Shown here piece after piece: positions 10,101-20,000 of a stretch of 20,000 nt of DNA. A program made the translations under genes and the position numbers. This DNA comes from Gonapodya sp. JEL0774 (lineage: Eukaryota): the NCBI GenBank assembly GCA_027604505.1, contig JADIIX010000120.1, positions 48,179 to 68,178 of the forward strand. The letters are read 5' to 3'. The notes beneath the pieces are model-generated. The model saw only the letters and a program-made list of their open reading frames with translations, did no database searches and was not told the origin of the DNA. Positions within the stretch are counted from its first letter, which is position 1, and the number at the start of each line of letters is the position of its first letter.

Positions 10101-11090
10101 TGAACACGGTTGGGTAAGTCTCCTTTGAAGCTTCATCGCCATGAAACAAGGGGCTGTACGCTCCCCAGGACTTCGGCACCTCTTGCTGAAAAAAAGCCAT
10201 ATCAGGAAGGGTTCGGCGGACATCGCGGTAAATTTGTTCGAGGGTGCCGAGTTCTGGGTCAGTCGGAAAAGGAGGCAGAAAGGCAGGGTTCGAAGGGATC
10301 TGCATCGAAGATGAACGTGATTTAAAGTGGAAAGCACAAAAAAAGAGAAGGAATTCATTTCGGAGCTAAGGTGGGAACAGTTGGCTCTGTAGTGTCATGG
10401 CACCATTACCTGGCAGCATTTCCATTGGTCACTTTCAATGGCCGATGATTTCCGGCGACAATTATGTACAACAATGCACTGCTCGCCTACTTTTACCAAA
10501 TCTTGCGTCACCCACTCACCTCCGCCTTTTCCACATCAGAATCCTGACCAGCTTCCGCATGGGGAGCCTCCGTGGCTGGAGGAGGGACGAACGACGTCAA
10601 ATCCCTGATGAATCCATAATACAAGGTCCTCTGGCGGTGAACTACATCTGCCCAATCCGCCCGTTCTTGCCATGGAGTATAATTGAGGAGCACCTTTATA
10701 CAACGGAAGAGGAAACACGTCCAAAGTGGAAAATTGGGTGCACCGATAGAAAACTAAACCAACTTTCCAACATTTTGATCGCACAGAGGGAGGATAGTCC
10801 GGTACTCCTGGAGTAAGTTGTGATCGAAAGTTGGGTGATGGGACCGACAACTTCATGACTTCACACAAGCTCAATTCATCTCATACCTGCAAAGCACAAT
10901 CTCCTGAACGTTTCCAAATCTAGCTCCCGGCCTCCATCCGGCGTCCTCCCTGTGAACAGAATCTGCTCGAAATCGGACTGTCTGTTGTTTCCAATAACAT
11001 CAAGTGATAGCCGAGAAAGGGGGTGCGTCATCGAATGAACAAGCGTTTGTACAAACCACCGTGAAGCACTCACCGCTGCTTGTGATCCAT
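7154..11090 (-). CDS. TBC1D13: TBC-domain Rab GTPase-activating protein, TBC1D13-like; introns 10982-11073, 10808-10886, 10694-10763, 10300-10519, 9809-9875, 9137-9206, 8905-9016, 8715-8776
   Basis: LDLETFRRLCFAGVPD...RSKCWKVLLNY, arginine finger IYRDVRRTLPDMAFFQ, glutamine finger NPGVGYVQGMNELLAPLYYV, HAEPDSFF...DHFMRSLD, FRWLTVLMTQEYPLPEVLRIWDTLL, LKLLQNYP. A low-complexity tail of about 450 aa follows. Confidence 0.87.
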
Positions 11091-11866
11091 TTGCGGGGCC
11101 ATGTGCGGTTGGAGCGAACTAAAGGCGCGTCTCAAAAGCAACAGCCAGGGCACATCATCATGTGCTGTAAGGTCAGTGCTCCAAAACCGTGATTGAAGAA
11201 CGAATATATTCATCTTCTCGCTCGAGGCCCGAGCTTTATACATCCATGTTCATTTCATAATAATTCTAACTTATCCCGCATTCGTGGAATGCGTCGAGGA
11301 ACTAAATGTCGAAATAAATGCACACATCGCCTTACCCTCGAAGATGCAAACTCCATATCTGACTGGTCTTTTAGGGCAACCGATTGTGTTGTCCCTCATT
11401 TCAGACACTAGTACATTTGGCTTCCAATTTGATTCATGTTAACTGCGATTGCTGGTTGCCGACTCATGAAGCACCGGTCTTCTCCACCGTGTTTGCTGAC
11501 TGGATTGTCTAAGGTCCTGTCCCAGACTCGCAAACATTATGGACGCTTCAGTGAGATGTCTCAATACGGTCGTCTCTGCGAGGGGCGAACCCATTGACCC
11601 CTGCTCCTCGTATGCACGACATCCCATACTGACCCGGCGTGTAAACACCGGTTACGGATTTAATCCTGGTTGCCCGATATCGCACGTTCACTAGATGGAT
11701 AATAGTCGGCGGATGAACTCTCATTATATTTATGGGGATTCAGGGTCCACTCAATAATATATACTTGATATACCTATGACTATCACAGCAGTGGATACAA
11801 TTCTCTTCTTACGAATTGCAACGATAGATAGATATTCTCCATTCTCAAAGCCGAGCTTGCCACGAT

Positions 11867-14800
11867 ATGGCGAATAGTTCTGGCTTCATTGTGGGTTCCC
11901 TCTTCTCAAATCCCCACAGCTTACTGCCTCTGACGCCACTGGCCACTTCCTCTCAAGCTTTCCACCGACTACTCTTGCCTGCCCGGCTTTTTCTGCCCCA
12001 ACGTAACCTCAGGTTGGTCTGGTGCCATCTGCCTCTGTTTTAATGAAATCAGTCTTACTTCAACCTTGCATCTTAATCCGTCACGTTACAGCAAACCCGC
12101 AATCCCTCCCACGATATTATCAACCGTCAGTCCGCTGTGCGTTCACGCGCTTGCAAGGATACAGATGCGAGGTGACCTGCGGCGGTATTTCATTCAAGCG
12201 TTTCAACTTCATGTAACCTCCCTGTCCCTGTACTCCCTGTACTCGCTCCACCTGCACCACCTGATCCCACCTACCTATTGGCGCCGTCCAATATCAGCCA
12301 CAAGGCCCCTATGAGCCTATCGTGTGCTCTAGTGGTCGTTTTTGTCCCGACTGGAAAACGAACTTGATTTGGTGTGTGAGATTTGTGTCTCCAGAGTTTC
12401 TGAATGCAAACTCCTGACCTCCCCCGACCTCAAAGTCCCGCTGGATACTTCTGCCCCGCTGGAGCTGTCACACCTATTCAATGTAACCTGCTTGCTAGCT
12501 GTCCTCAAGGGTCAGGCACACAGGTGTATTTTGCACCACTCGTCGCTTTCATCATCATCGATCTTGGTCTTGTTGCGTTGCACTTCCTGAAGAGTTACAT
12601 GGACCGCCATACCAGGGTAAAGAAAGAATTAATCGCCGATATGGCCGCTGAATCCCAAGCAACGTCAGTGGAACTGACGTCCGACTTGTTAGATGATGGT
12701 GATGGTGACGTTGAAGTACTCGTAGACGGGTTCAAACGTGGTCTCAACGGGAAGAGTTTCAGAGTTGATTTTAGGTAAAGTGCCAGGCTTCTCAATTAAT
12801 AGTTCCTGCATTTGCTTACATCATTATGTAGATTCGAGGAGCTGTCCCTCAATCTTAAATCTGGCAAGACAATACTGCAAGGTGTGACAGGTGAAATCCG
12901 TGCTGGACGAATGACGGTATGTTTGGCTACATGTAACGCGTCTGACTTCAAAGCTGACATCCCTCCTCGATCATGAAAAGGCTATCATGGGCCCCAGTGG
13001 GGCAGGAAAAACAACCTTCTTGAACGTCATGATGGGCAAAATCAATCGTACCAGCGGTCGTCTTATCGTCAATGGGAGAGTGGGAGAAATGAGCGCGTAC
13101 AAGAAAATAATCGGATACGTCCCTCAAGATGACGTAATGCTCCGCGAGCTCTCTGTGCGCGAGAATGTGGAATACTCTGCTCGATGTCGCTTGCCACCTT
13201 CGTGGACAAACGCTCAAGTCTCGGAACATGTAGACCGGATTTTGAGTGCTCTGAAGTGAGTTAATCGGTCTGAAACGTCGTCTGGCACCGCATTTCGCTG
13301 ATCCCCACAACACGTCTACAAGCCTTTCGCACGTCGCCAACACACTCATTGGCGACGAAACAGTCCGAGGCATCTCTGGCGGGCAACGAAAGAGGGTGAA
13401 TATTGGAATGGAATTGGCAGGTCCGACATTTGCACACATTGGTGGAGGCTTTCTAATCGCTCAATATCGTTCAACACTTTTTAAGCCGCACCACTTGCAC
13501 TGTTTCTCGACGAGCCCACTTCTGGACTAGATGCCACGGCCGCCTTACAGGTTGCAAATATTCTCAAAGCAATATCCCAGCTCGGACTGACTGTCGTGGC
13601 GGTTATTCATCAAGTAGGTTGTGCACTCTTTCAGAAGTACTATTGTTGGTTGTTTCTTGACGGTTTGTGAGACATGTTCTCTGAATCCCTCCCGACAGCC
13701 ACGCAAAGAAATCTTTGAGGTGTTTGAAGATCTCCTCCTGATCGGACCCGGGGGTCGAACAGCGTACCACGGTGAAACCAATGAAGTGCAGTCTTATTTT
13801 GGGAAAATGGGCTTCAAGTTTGATCCCTATTCCAATCCTGCGGACATTTTGATGGATGTACTGAGCGGCAAGGGGACTTTCGAGGGAACATCGGTGCCTC
13901 TGGTGAAACCCACCGTGGAAAGCCTATTGAAAGCATGGTCTGATCGCTCTTCGATGCGAGCTTCCGTCTCTTGCGGACAACCAACTGCCCATGACGAATC
14001 CACTACGACAACGGTGTCGCCACCTGAAGAGGCCTCTTCCACCGACAGCTACACGGCATTCCATCACGAAATCGGTGCAATATGCCGAGAACGAGGTGCT
14101 CGTTGGTACAAGCAGGTGTACTTGGCTCATAATCGATCAATTTTACAGCAAGTAAATTTCGTTTCGATGTCCCGAGGTTTGGCATCCGATACCACTGACA
14201 TGTAACTGGTATCAGTATCGTACCATCTCTACGCTCGCCCTTGAGACGTTTGTCTCGGTTGTGGCCGGTGCTTTGATGGGCCTCGCTGCCCAAAACGCGG
14301 ACGGAGAGCTCTACTCTGGAGTCTGGATTCAGCCTTACACGATTATAGGTCCAGCTCCATATTTCTGGACCGTTCCTCTCTATGGTTTGTCTTCATCCGT
14401 ACACGAGTATGCGAAATGATTTGCAAATGACTTCGAGTGCCCCGACAGCTTTCTTGTTGGGCCTTTCGATCGCTCTGGCCTCCGCACCTGCAAGCGTTCG
14501 AGTCTTTGGTGACGAACGTCTAATATTCTATCGGGAAGCTGCTTCGGGTCACTCGCGATCGGCATACTATACAGGCAAAACCCTTTCTTCCATCTACCGG
14601 ATAGTTCTGACGAGTTTACATTTTTCGGCTGTCTACTATCTGATATCAACGCCCGTTACCAGTTTTGCGTGAGTGGTGCTCCTTGGTTTTTGTGGACACA
14701 CATCGTAAACCAGAAATTGTTCTGGTAACTCAATTCAACCATCGTGATGTAAAGGATATTCTACTGGATTGTTGTAAGTGCGGTTCAGAAACTTGCTATC

Positions 14801-15366
14801 GATCGCCCGCGGTATTCATGTCTCCTTCGGGTTTTCTTCTATGCAAGCTCATGACCTTCTGGGGAGTATATGGTCTCGGCGCAACAATTTCCATGCTTGT
14901 GAAGAAGGGCAACGCTCCTCTCCTTGCCGCGGTGGGTATTTGCAAGGTATTTTCATCGCTCGAACTTCAAAGGATCCTTATGAGCTTCTTCGTAACGTTC
15001 TTGCAGGTCGCTGCCCTCTTTCACGGTACTCTCTGCGGCTTCGGACCCACGGTCCAAACCGTGAGTTCCTGGAAACTACTGTGGGCATGGGTGGGTAACT
15101 TCATCTCTCCCCTGGAAACGATGATCTTACCGCGAATGTTTACTCTACAGGACCTTTCTTTCAATCTTTGGGGCTCAGAGGCACTCTTTAGCCAGTACGT
15201 GAACCTGTACGCCAATGTGTATGATGTTGAGCAGGCGAGGCGAGCCTATGGGTACACCGTGGGCAGAGAGGCGACTGATCTCTTGGCGATGTTTGCTCTA
15301 GGACTTGGACAGAGGGTAATTGCTTTCGTGTTGATGATCGTGATGGATCGGGATAAACAAAAGTGA
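11867..15366 (+). CDS. ABCG half-transporter with Cys-rich N-terminal ectodomain + TM + NBD + TMD; about 16 exons; start codon uncertain
   Basis: Cys repeats [26 protein letters not shown], then [21 protein letters not shown]. Walker [10 protein letters not shown]-loop GYVPQDD, signature [12 protein letters not shown], Walker B/D-loop [12 protein letters not shown]-loop [13 protein letters not shown], and [12 protein letters not shown] in the TMD. TGA at 15364-15366. Confidence 0.92.
12318..12336 (+). repeat. Copy 1 of the exact 19-nt direct repeat TATCGTGTGCTCTAGTGGT (coding, ABC exon 4)
   Basis: Identical to 15441-15459. Confidence 0.9.
14755..14773 (+). other. 19-nt micro-exon of the ABCG gene
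   Basis: TAAAG|GATATTCTACTGGATTGTT|GTAAGT links ...PVTSFA to IFYWIV and then LMTFWGVYG. Without it the phase-2 donor and phase-0 acceptor do not match. Confidence 0.75.
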
Positions 15367-15440
15367 ACGAACACGCCTTCAACAACGGGCGCCATTCAAT
15401 GCGATCTGACGGTCCAATAGCACCTGGAATTCATTTATAG

Positions 15441-15459
15441 TATCGTGTGCTCTAGTGGT
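15441..15459 (+). repeat. Copy 2 of the exact 19-nt direct repeat TATCGTGTGCTCTAGTGGT (3' flank of the ABC gene)
   Basis: Identical to 12318-12336; flanking GTCCAATA and CCGACT are also shared. Confidence 0.9.
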
Positions 15460-15814
15460 TAGATCCGACTTTAGGTACTATTCTCATCGCATACAATTCA
15501 TTTACTGTGGCATCCTCTTCATGATTGTTCCTGACCGCCGCATCTCACCTGGAAATCAGCACAACGTAATCGCTTGGCCTAAGGTACTACAGAACATTTT
15601 GGTGATGATTGTCACGAGGGGATCTCCTGGCTCTTCTCCGAGTACCGTGATCAGGAATGTTCAAGTGCTATCTAATCGACCTCCACAAAGATGTCATGAA
15701 TGATTGCACTTCTTTTGCACGTATGTTGTTGCTTTGTACATTGAGAGACGGGCAATTGCTCCAGCTGTATAATCCCCCGTCCTGAACACCACTAGAAGGT
15801 CCCACTTTATGGAA

Positions 15815-17132
15815 CTAATCCTCGGTGTCCATCTCCACCTCCTCAATGTCACCCGCGCCCACCACACCCGGCGGTGGCTGCCGTGTGGGAGCCTCTCCTC
15901 GCCGCAACGTGGCTTCAAGTTGTCGCATTTCGTCGAGTGTCTTGGCAGAGGAGAGGGCAGCTCGGATGGCGGCGGATTCGGTTGGTGTAGGGGCTGCGTG
16001 GAAAGTAGGAAGAAGTTGGTGATGTGTCAGCACGTAGAGTTCTACGAGCACAATTAAATTCGAGAATGTTTCGCCATGTTGAACTCCAGTGAAACTTTTG
16101 ACTGTTGAACACCTCTCGAATTGTGGTGTCACAAGTCGCCACCCCCCAACCCCCACCCCTCCTGAGTGAACCAAGGAAACTCCACTGCATCCCAAAAGAA
16201 GGAAGGACCCCGCCTTACCTTGGTAAGCACGCATATCCTTCTTCTCCCTCGACTCCGCTCCGGGAGGACCTTCGGCAGCCTCAAAGGTTTTCGCCTTTTG
16301 TGCTGAGAGAGTCGCATACAGGTCTTTCCCTGTCACGCCGGAGAAGAGTTTACGTGCCGCCGCTCGCTCCTATTTTCGAAAGTTACTGATATCAACCAGA
16401 CACGACTGGACGGAGGTTTCGCGAACGAGGACCCACCGACTCTTTGACACGTTTGAAGTCCAGCACTCTGACCGACGGACACCGCGCAATCACATAGCTC
16501 CTGTAATGCTTTTTCCCGGAGACAGGATTTTCCAAAAGCGAAAGGTAGACGAGGTGTCGCAAGTTGCCCAGGGGATCGAGATCCCCAAGTTCCGAAATCT
16601 GGTTGTTGGTGAGAATGAGGGACTCGAGATTAGGTACATATTTTGACAAATCAGGTTCTATTTTGTGAACGCGGTTGGAAGCAAGGAGGAGAGTTTGAAG
16701 GTGTGGGGAAGGAGGAAAGTTTTCTAGACGTCGGATATCGTTGTCGGTGAGGTCGATAGAAGAGTACTGGTCCTGGATAAGAAAAACGGAAGCGAGATTC
16801 GAATGTTAAGCTCAGACTGGGAGATTACGCTCTCGAGGTCGCTACTCACCTTGGCAACTGCAAGGTTCTCTATCCGCGGAATTTTGAGACCTATTTCAGT
16901 GCGATTCCAGCCCCAAATGACAATGTTTCACCATACGCCATGAAATTTCACAAGATTCACAGTCCGGCATTCATCAAAATGGCAGCGGTGCGGCCATTAA
17001 ATGGTTCAGGTGAGTTTGGGAGTGGTGGCGACCGTTGGAGGATCGTCACTCACCTCTCAGAACCAGCTCCCTGTCTCGCACCGCATTCAGTCCCTGTGGT
17101 GCTGCAGCAATGACTTCTGGCGTTAGCCGCAT
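15815..17132 (-). CDS. SNRPA1: U2 small nuclear ribonucleoprotein A' (Lea1/SNRPA1); exons 17054-17132, 16850-16890, 16437-16772, 16219-16369, 15815-15993
   Basis: MRLTPEVIAAAPQGLNAVRDRELVLRGLKIPRIENLAVAKDQYSSIDLTDNDIRRLENFP...LESLILTNNQISELGDLDPL...LSLLENPVSGKKHYRSYVI...VRVLDFKRVKESER...AIRAALSSAKTLDEMRQLE closely follows the known U2A' sequence. Confidence 0.95.
16049..16125 (-). repeat. Imperfect inverted repeat (hairpin) in U2A' intron 4
   Basis: Plus-strand arms CACAATTAAATTCGAGAATGTT (16049-16070) and AACACCTCTCGAATTGTG (16108-16125), with a perfect 9-bp core AATTCGAGA/TCTCGAATT. Confidence 0.7.
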
Positions 17133-18125
17133 TCTGGAATTCTATCCAGCTGGGCACTTGAACCACCAGCATCTGGCTTGTGGCGCACGGGCGCTTTGCC
17201 AGGAAAAGTGGTGGACATGTGTTCTTCCACATCACATCACCCTCCCAGCTCAGCAATCCGTATGCACATTACTAATGGCCTGCATTAACAATGCTTTAGA
17301 TCCTGTCTCGGACGGCTCGCAAAAGCTTGTGTCCCACTATGAAGTCACTGGTTGCCTTTGGTGCTGCTATACAAACTACTACTTTGATGAATGAAGTCTG
17401 CTCAGCTGGACTATGCAACTGAATTATCCGCGGTCGCTATTTCGCACCTCAAGCGTCCCCGCCGACCAATCAAACAGTAAGTTCTTGACGCGTCCAGTAA
17501 ACTACTAAAGATCACCACCGAGGGATGGCCCCCACCGAACTCCGTTACATATTATTTAACTTTTGTGAACAGAGCGGAGAGTCACCACCGAAAAGCGCGC
17601 GCGGCTCGAGATGGGAACCCGAACGCATATGCAGCACATATTATGCAGTATATTGTATGTTCCAGGTCGTCCCGGGTTTGGCCTGGGTGGACGAATTACA
17701 TAGTAGTTATATTTGGTCCAATTCTTCTCCATCGTTGTCCCGAATTGCGGATTACTTCGGTCTTTATAATCTCCCTCACCAGAGTAATACGAATAAATAA
17801 CGGTGACGGATCATGACGGATCACAGTTGCCACAATCCAACAATAAGAAGGTACCATTTTTGGCATTGTTGCTTTGCTTATTGATTGGGCTTGACTGGGT
17901 TCGCCAGAACACCAAATCTTCCGAGCCGAGAAATGGGGATAGGTATTGGCGTGGGGGCGAACCACATAACATGCTTGGTACCCTTCAGGACATGTTCTCT
18001 TTCTGCCGGATCCGAGCTTCATATAAACTGCAATTTGATCACCTTCTTATCACACCAAGTGATTGGAACATCCGCCTCCCAGAAGCGATTCAACGTCCCG
18101 TCATCAACAGTCCACCATATCTATC

Positions 18126-19403
18126 ATGTCTTCTCAATCGCCTCTTTACTACGTCGTTCAGAGCTACAATCCGGCCCCTGCGTACGTTGTGGCAGTGATC
18201 TATGTCTTCATTGCGGTCGCCTTCTTCTATGCCGCCCATCGTGATGCACGTGTTGCATTGCGAATGTACATTCTCTTGGGATTGCTCTGTCTCTGTAAGT
18301 GATGTCTTTGTAAGGAGATTTTGAACTTCTCCAGTGTGGATAAACCGAATCCCGTTCCTCGAATCACAAGCACGAGGAGCAGTGTTCGTTTTGCGAGGTC
18401 TCCTTCCAACCCACTTCAGCATCACAAACTACACCACGTACCAGTGCATGCTCTCAGCAGCATTCGTAATCATTCTCCTTGCTTTGTTTCGTACCGTATT
18501 CACTGTGTATCAAGGATTGCATTCGTTGCTTGGGGAAGGTGAGTGTGCTCTGATGCCGCGGTTGGCGATTCCCTCCGATGACCCATCCTGAACCATTAAG
18601 AATCGATGTTACAACACACTTCCCTCTTCCCAGCGGCTTTTGCCCCATACATGGATCGTGGTGAGTACATTACTCGCCTTTATCGTGTGGTAGCACCAAT
18701 CTCAGGATGGTTCCCTGTTTCCCATCAAAATCGCGCAGCTCACCATGTCCTTCTCATCGGCTGTGTAGCAATCGGTATTACTGCTGCGGTGTGGGTGTCG
18801 GTTCCGGACACCCCTGCTGATCAAGTCGCACTTGGAAATACTTTCCGTCACATCGTCACTTATGTGTTTATCGCCCTGGTGATACTGTACGGGATCGCAG
18901 CAGCATACGCTGTGTTCCTGATCGGTAGCAATGCCCACCGAACTGGAAGCATTGGGCTCGTTTATCCCGTCAAGGAAGAGAATGGGGAGGAATCACCAGA
19001 CTCTGGAGCATCCACGGACCATAAACTCATCAAAATGCGACAGGTACTATTGACTGCGTCTCTCACAATGTCTGGTGCCGTATTTACCTGAGTTCACGCC
19101 GACTTCGTCCCTGTGGCTCATAGTCGCTCCTCGTGGTCGTGATTCCCAGCTGCCTCTTATTGATTGTCCGACTCTCGTATTCCGCTGCATTGCTGGGAGC
19201 TAATCCATACACCGACTCTATCTATCAAGAGGCAGTGTGGTACCCGCTTACCGTCGGAACAGGTGAGCTTCGTTAAATCTCTTTTGATGACCACCAACGG
19301 AACCGTCTTTAAACTCACCTGTGTATTACTTTGGTTTCAAACGACAGAAATTCTCAGTCTCATTCTTCTCTCGTCGCCTTACACTTTTGGATTCGATCGC
19401 TAA
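18126..19403 (+). CDS. Multi-pass membrane protein, RTA1-like; introns 18295-18370, 18539-18600, 18661-18738, 19044-19123, 19263-19347
   Basis: About 7 hydrophobic helices, with N-terminal YNPAPAYVVAVIYV, then RGAVFVLR, CLLLIVRLSY and YQEAVWYPLTVGTE. These resemble the RTA1-family Y.PS, L..R..YR and E..FY..D/E motifs. Five GT-AG introns give a continuous frame to TAA at 19401-19403. Confidence 0.65.
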
Positions 19404-20000
19404 GTGTGCGAAGAAGTTGATGCCCACTGTGCATTAAAATTGTTTGTGACGGGAAAAACATATAGCCACTCTCTTCCTTCTACGCATGTATTGAGTGCTT
19501 CGTAACATTAGAATTATCATCTTGCATTATTGCGTTCTCGGAATATGGAATATGGCTGAAGATGAGGATGTGAGCTTGCCTTGTCCCCGTGGTCTCTAAT
19601 AGTCATGTACATCACGAAACACGGTGACAAACAATTTCTAGCCCGGACGTGAATCGGGAACCAAAATTAATCGCCAAAACACGTTGTAAAGTGTACATGT
19701 ACGTTATGGTAGTGTGCACTGGCCCGTACCATGCGCTACCGACTTTGCCAGGCGAGATCAAACGAAAACCATCAGACGGGTTGCAGTCAACAACTATTGA
19801 TTTTGATTCCGCCCGAAGTGCAGAGCTTCGCGAGCGTTTTTAACACCAGTTATAAATGAAATCTTACTTTTACGTGTTTGCGAATGTTCCCATATGATTG
19901 AGCTTGAATAACTCACCATTGGCCATACACATCTAGTAGCCTAGACCCTATAACATGCACAGCCAAAAGATGACACTGCTTTGTACTCCTAAGGGTTCCA

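Noticed and set aside
12220..12275. Short CCCTGT(ACT)/CACCT iterations in ABC intron 3
   Set aside because: Low-complexity slippage with only 2-3 units; not a CRISPR-like or regular array.
12318..15459. 19-nt direct repeat interpreted as a transposon target-site duplication
   Set aside because: The enclosed DNA is the continuous intron-containing ABC gene, with no TIRs, LTRs, poly(A) tail or transposase/RT.
15455..15703. 82-aa ORF between the convergent ABCG and U2A' genes
   Set aside because: Non-ATG start, no motif, and it lies in the probable 3' UTRs.
1..17132. Functional link between the two LRR/LRRcap genes (LRGUK and U2A')
   Set aside because: Only generic SDS22-like repeat similarity; no nucleotide-level duplication seen.
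17383..17425. TGATGA...CTGA as a C/D snoRNA
   Set aside because: The boxes are too close together, with no terminal stem or recognisable guide.
17525..17800. 91-aa plus-strand ORF and overlapping ORFs in the U2A'-RTA1 spacer
   Set aside because: No recognisable motif or supporting exon structure; likely chance ORFs.
2219..19403. Selenoprotein or stop-codon readthrough (in-frame TGA) in any gene
   Set aside because: Every internal TGA I met (e.g. about 11931, 2748, 1459) lies within a well-formed intron, the terminal TGAs sit at expected C-termini, and I recognised no SECIS.
19500..20000. Possible 3' exons of a minus-strand gene (GTGAGT donor near 19916)
   Set aside because: I could not assemble a convincing reading frame; unresolved without flanking sequence.

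Overview
Gene-dense, intron-rich eukaryotic DNA (roughly balanced GC, about 51 short spliceosomal introns, mostly 54-95 nt). It is most consistent with a zoosporic, early-diverging fungus; this is inferred from a flagellar LRGUK-type gene next to fungal-type RTA1-like and DUF2855 genes. I reconstructed eight spliced protein-coding genes by hand: (1) 5'-truncated LRR + guanylate kinase protein (LRGUK-like, +); (2) DGAT2-family acyltransferase (-); (3) DUF2855-like protein (-); (4) unknown Ala/Thr/Gln-rich helical protein (-) with a GC-AG last intron; (5) TBC1D13-like Rab-GAP with a long disordered tail (-); (6) half-size ABCG transporter with a Cys-rich N-terminal ectodomain (+); (7) U2 snRNP A' (-); (8) RTA1-like membrane protein (+). 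I saw no tRNA, rRNA, CRISPR array or transposon. The most notable oddities are: about 30% of introns ending in AAG; two long, structured introns in the U2A' gene (possible autoregulatory RNA or snoRNA); an exact 19-nt repeat within a decayed copy of an ABC exon in the same gene's 3' flank; four of five DGAT2 introns being in-frame and stop-free; and a tightly packed co-directional run of possibly lipid-related genes. All gene models and family names come from motif recognition, not database searches.
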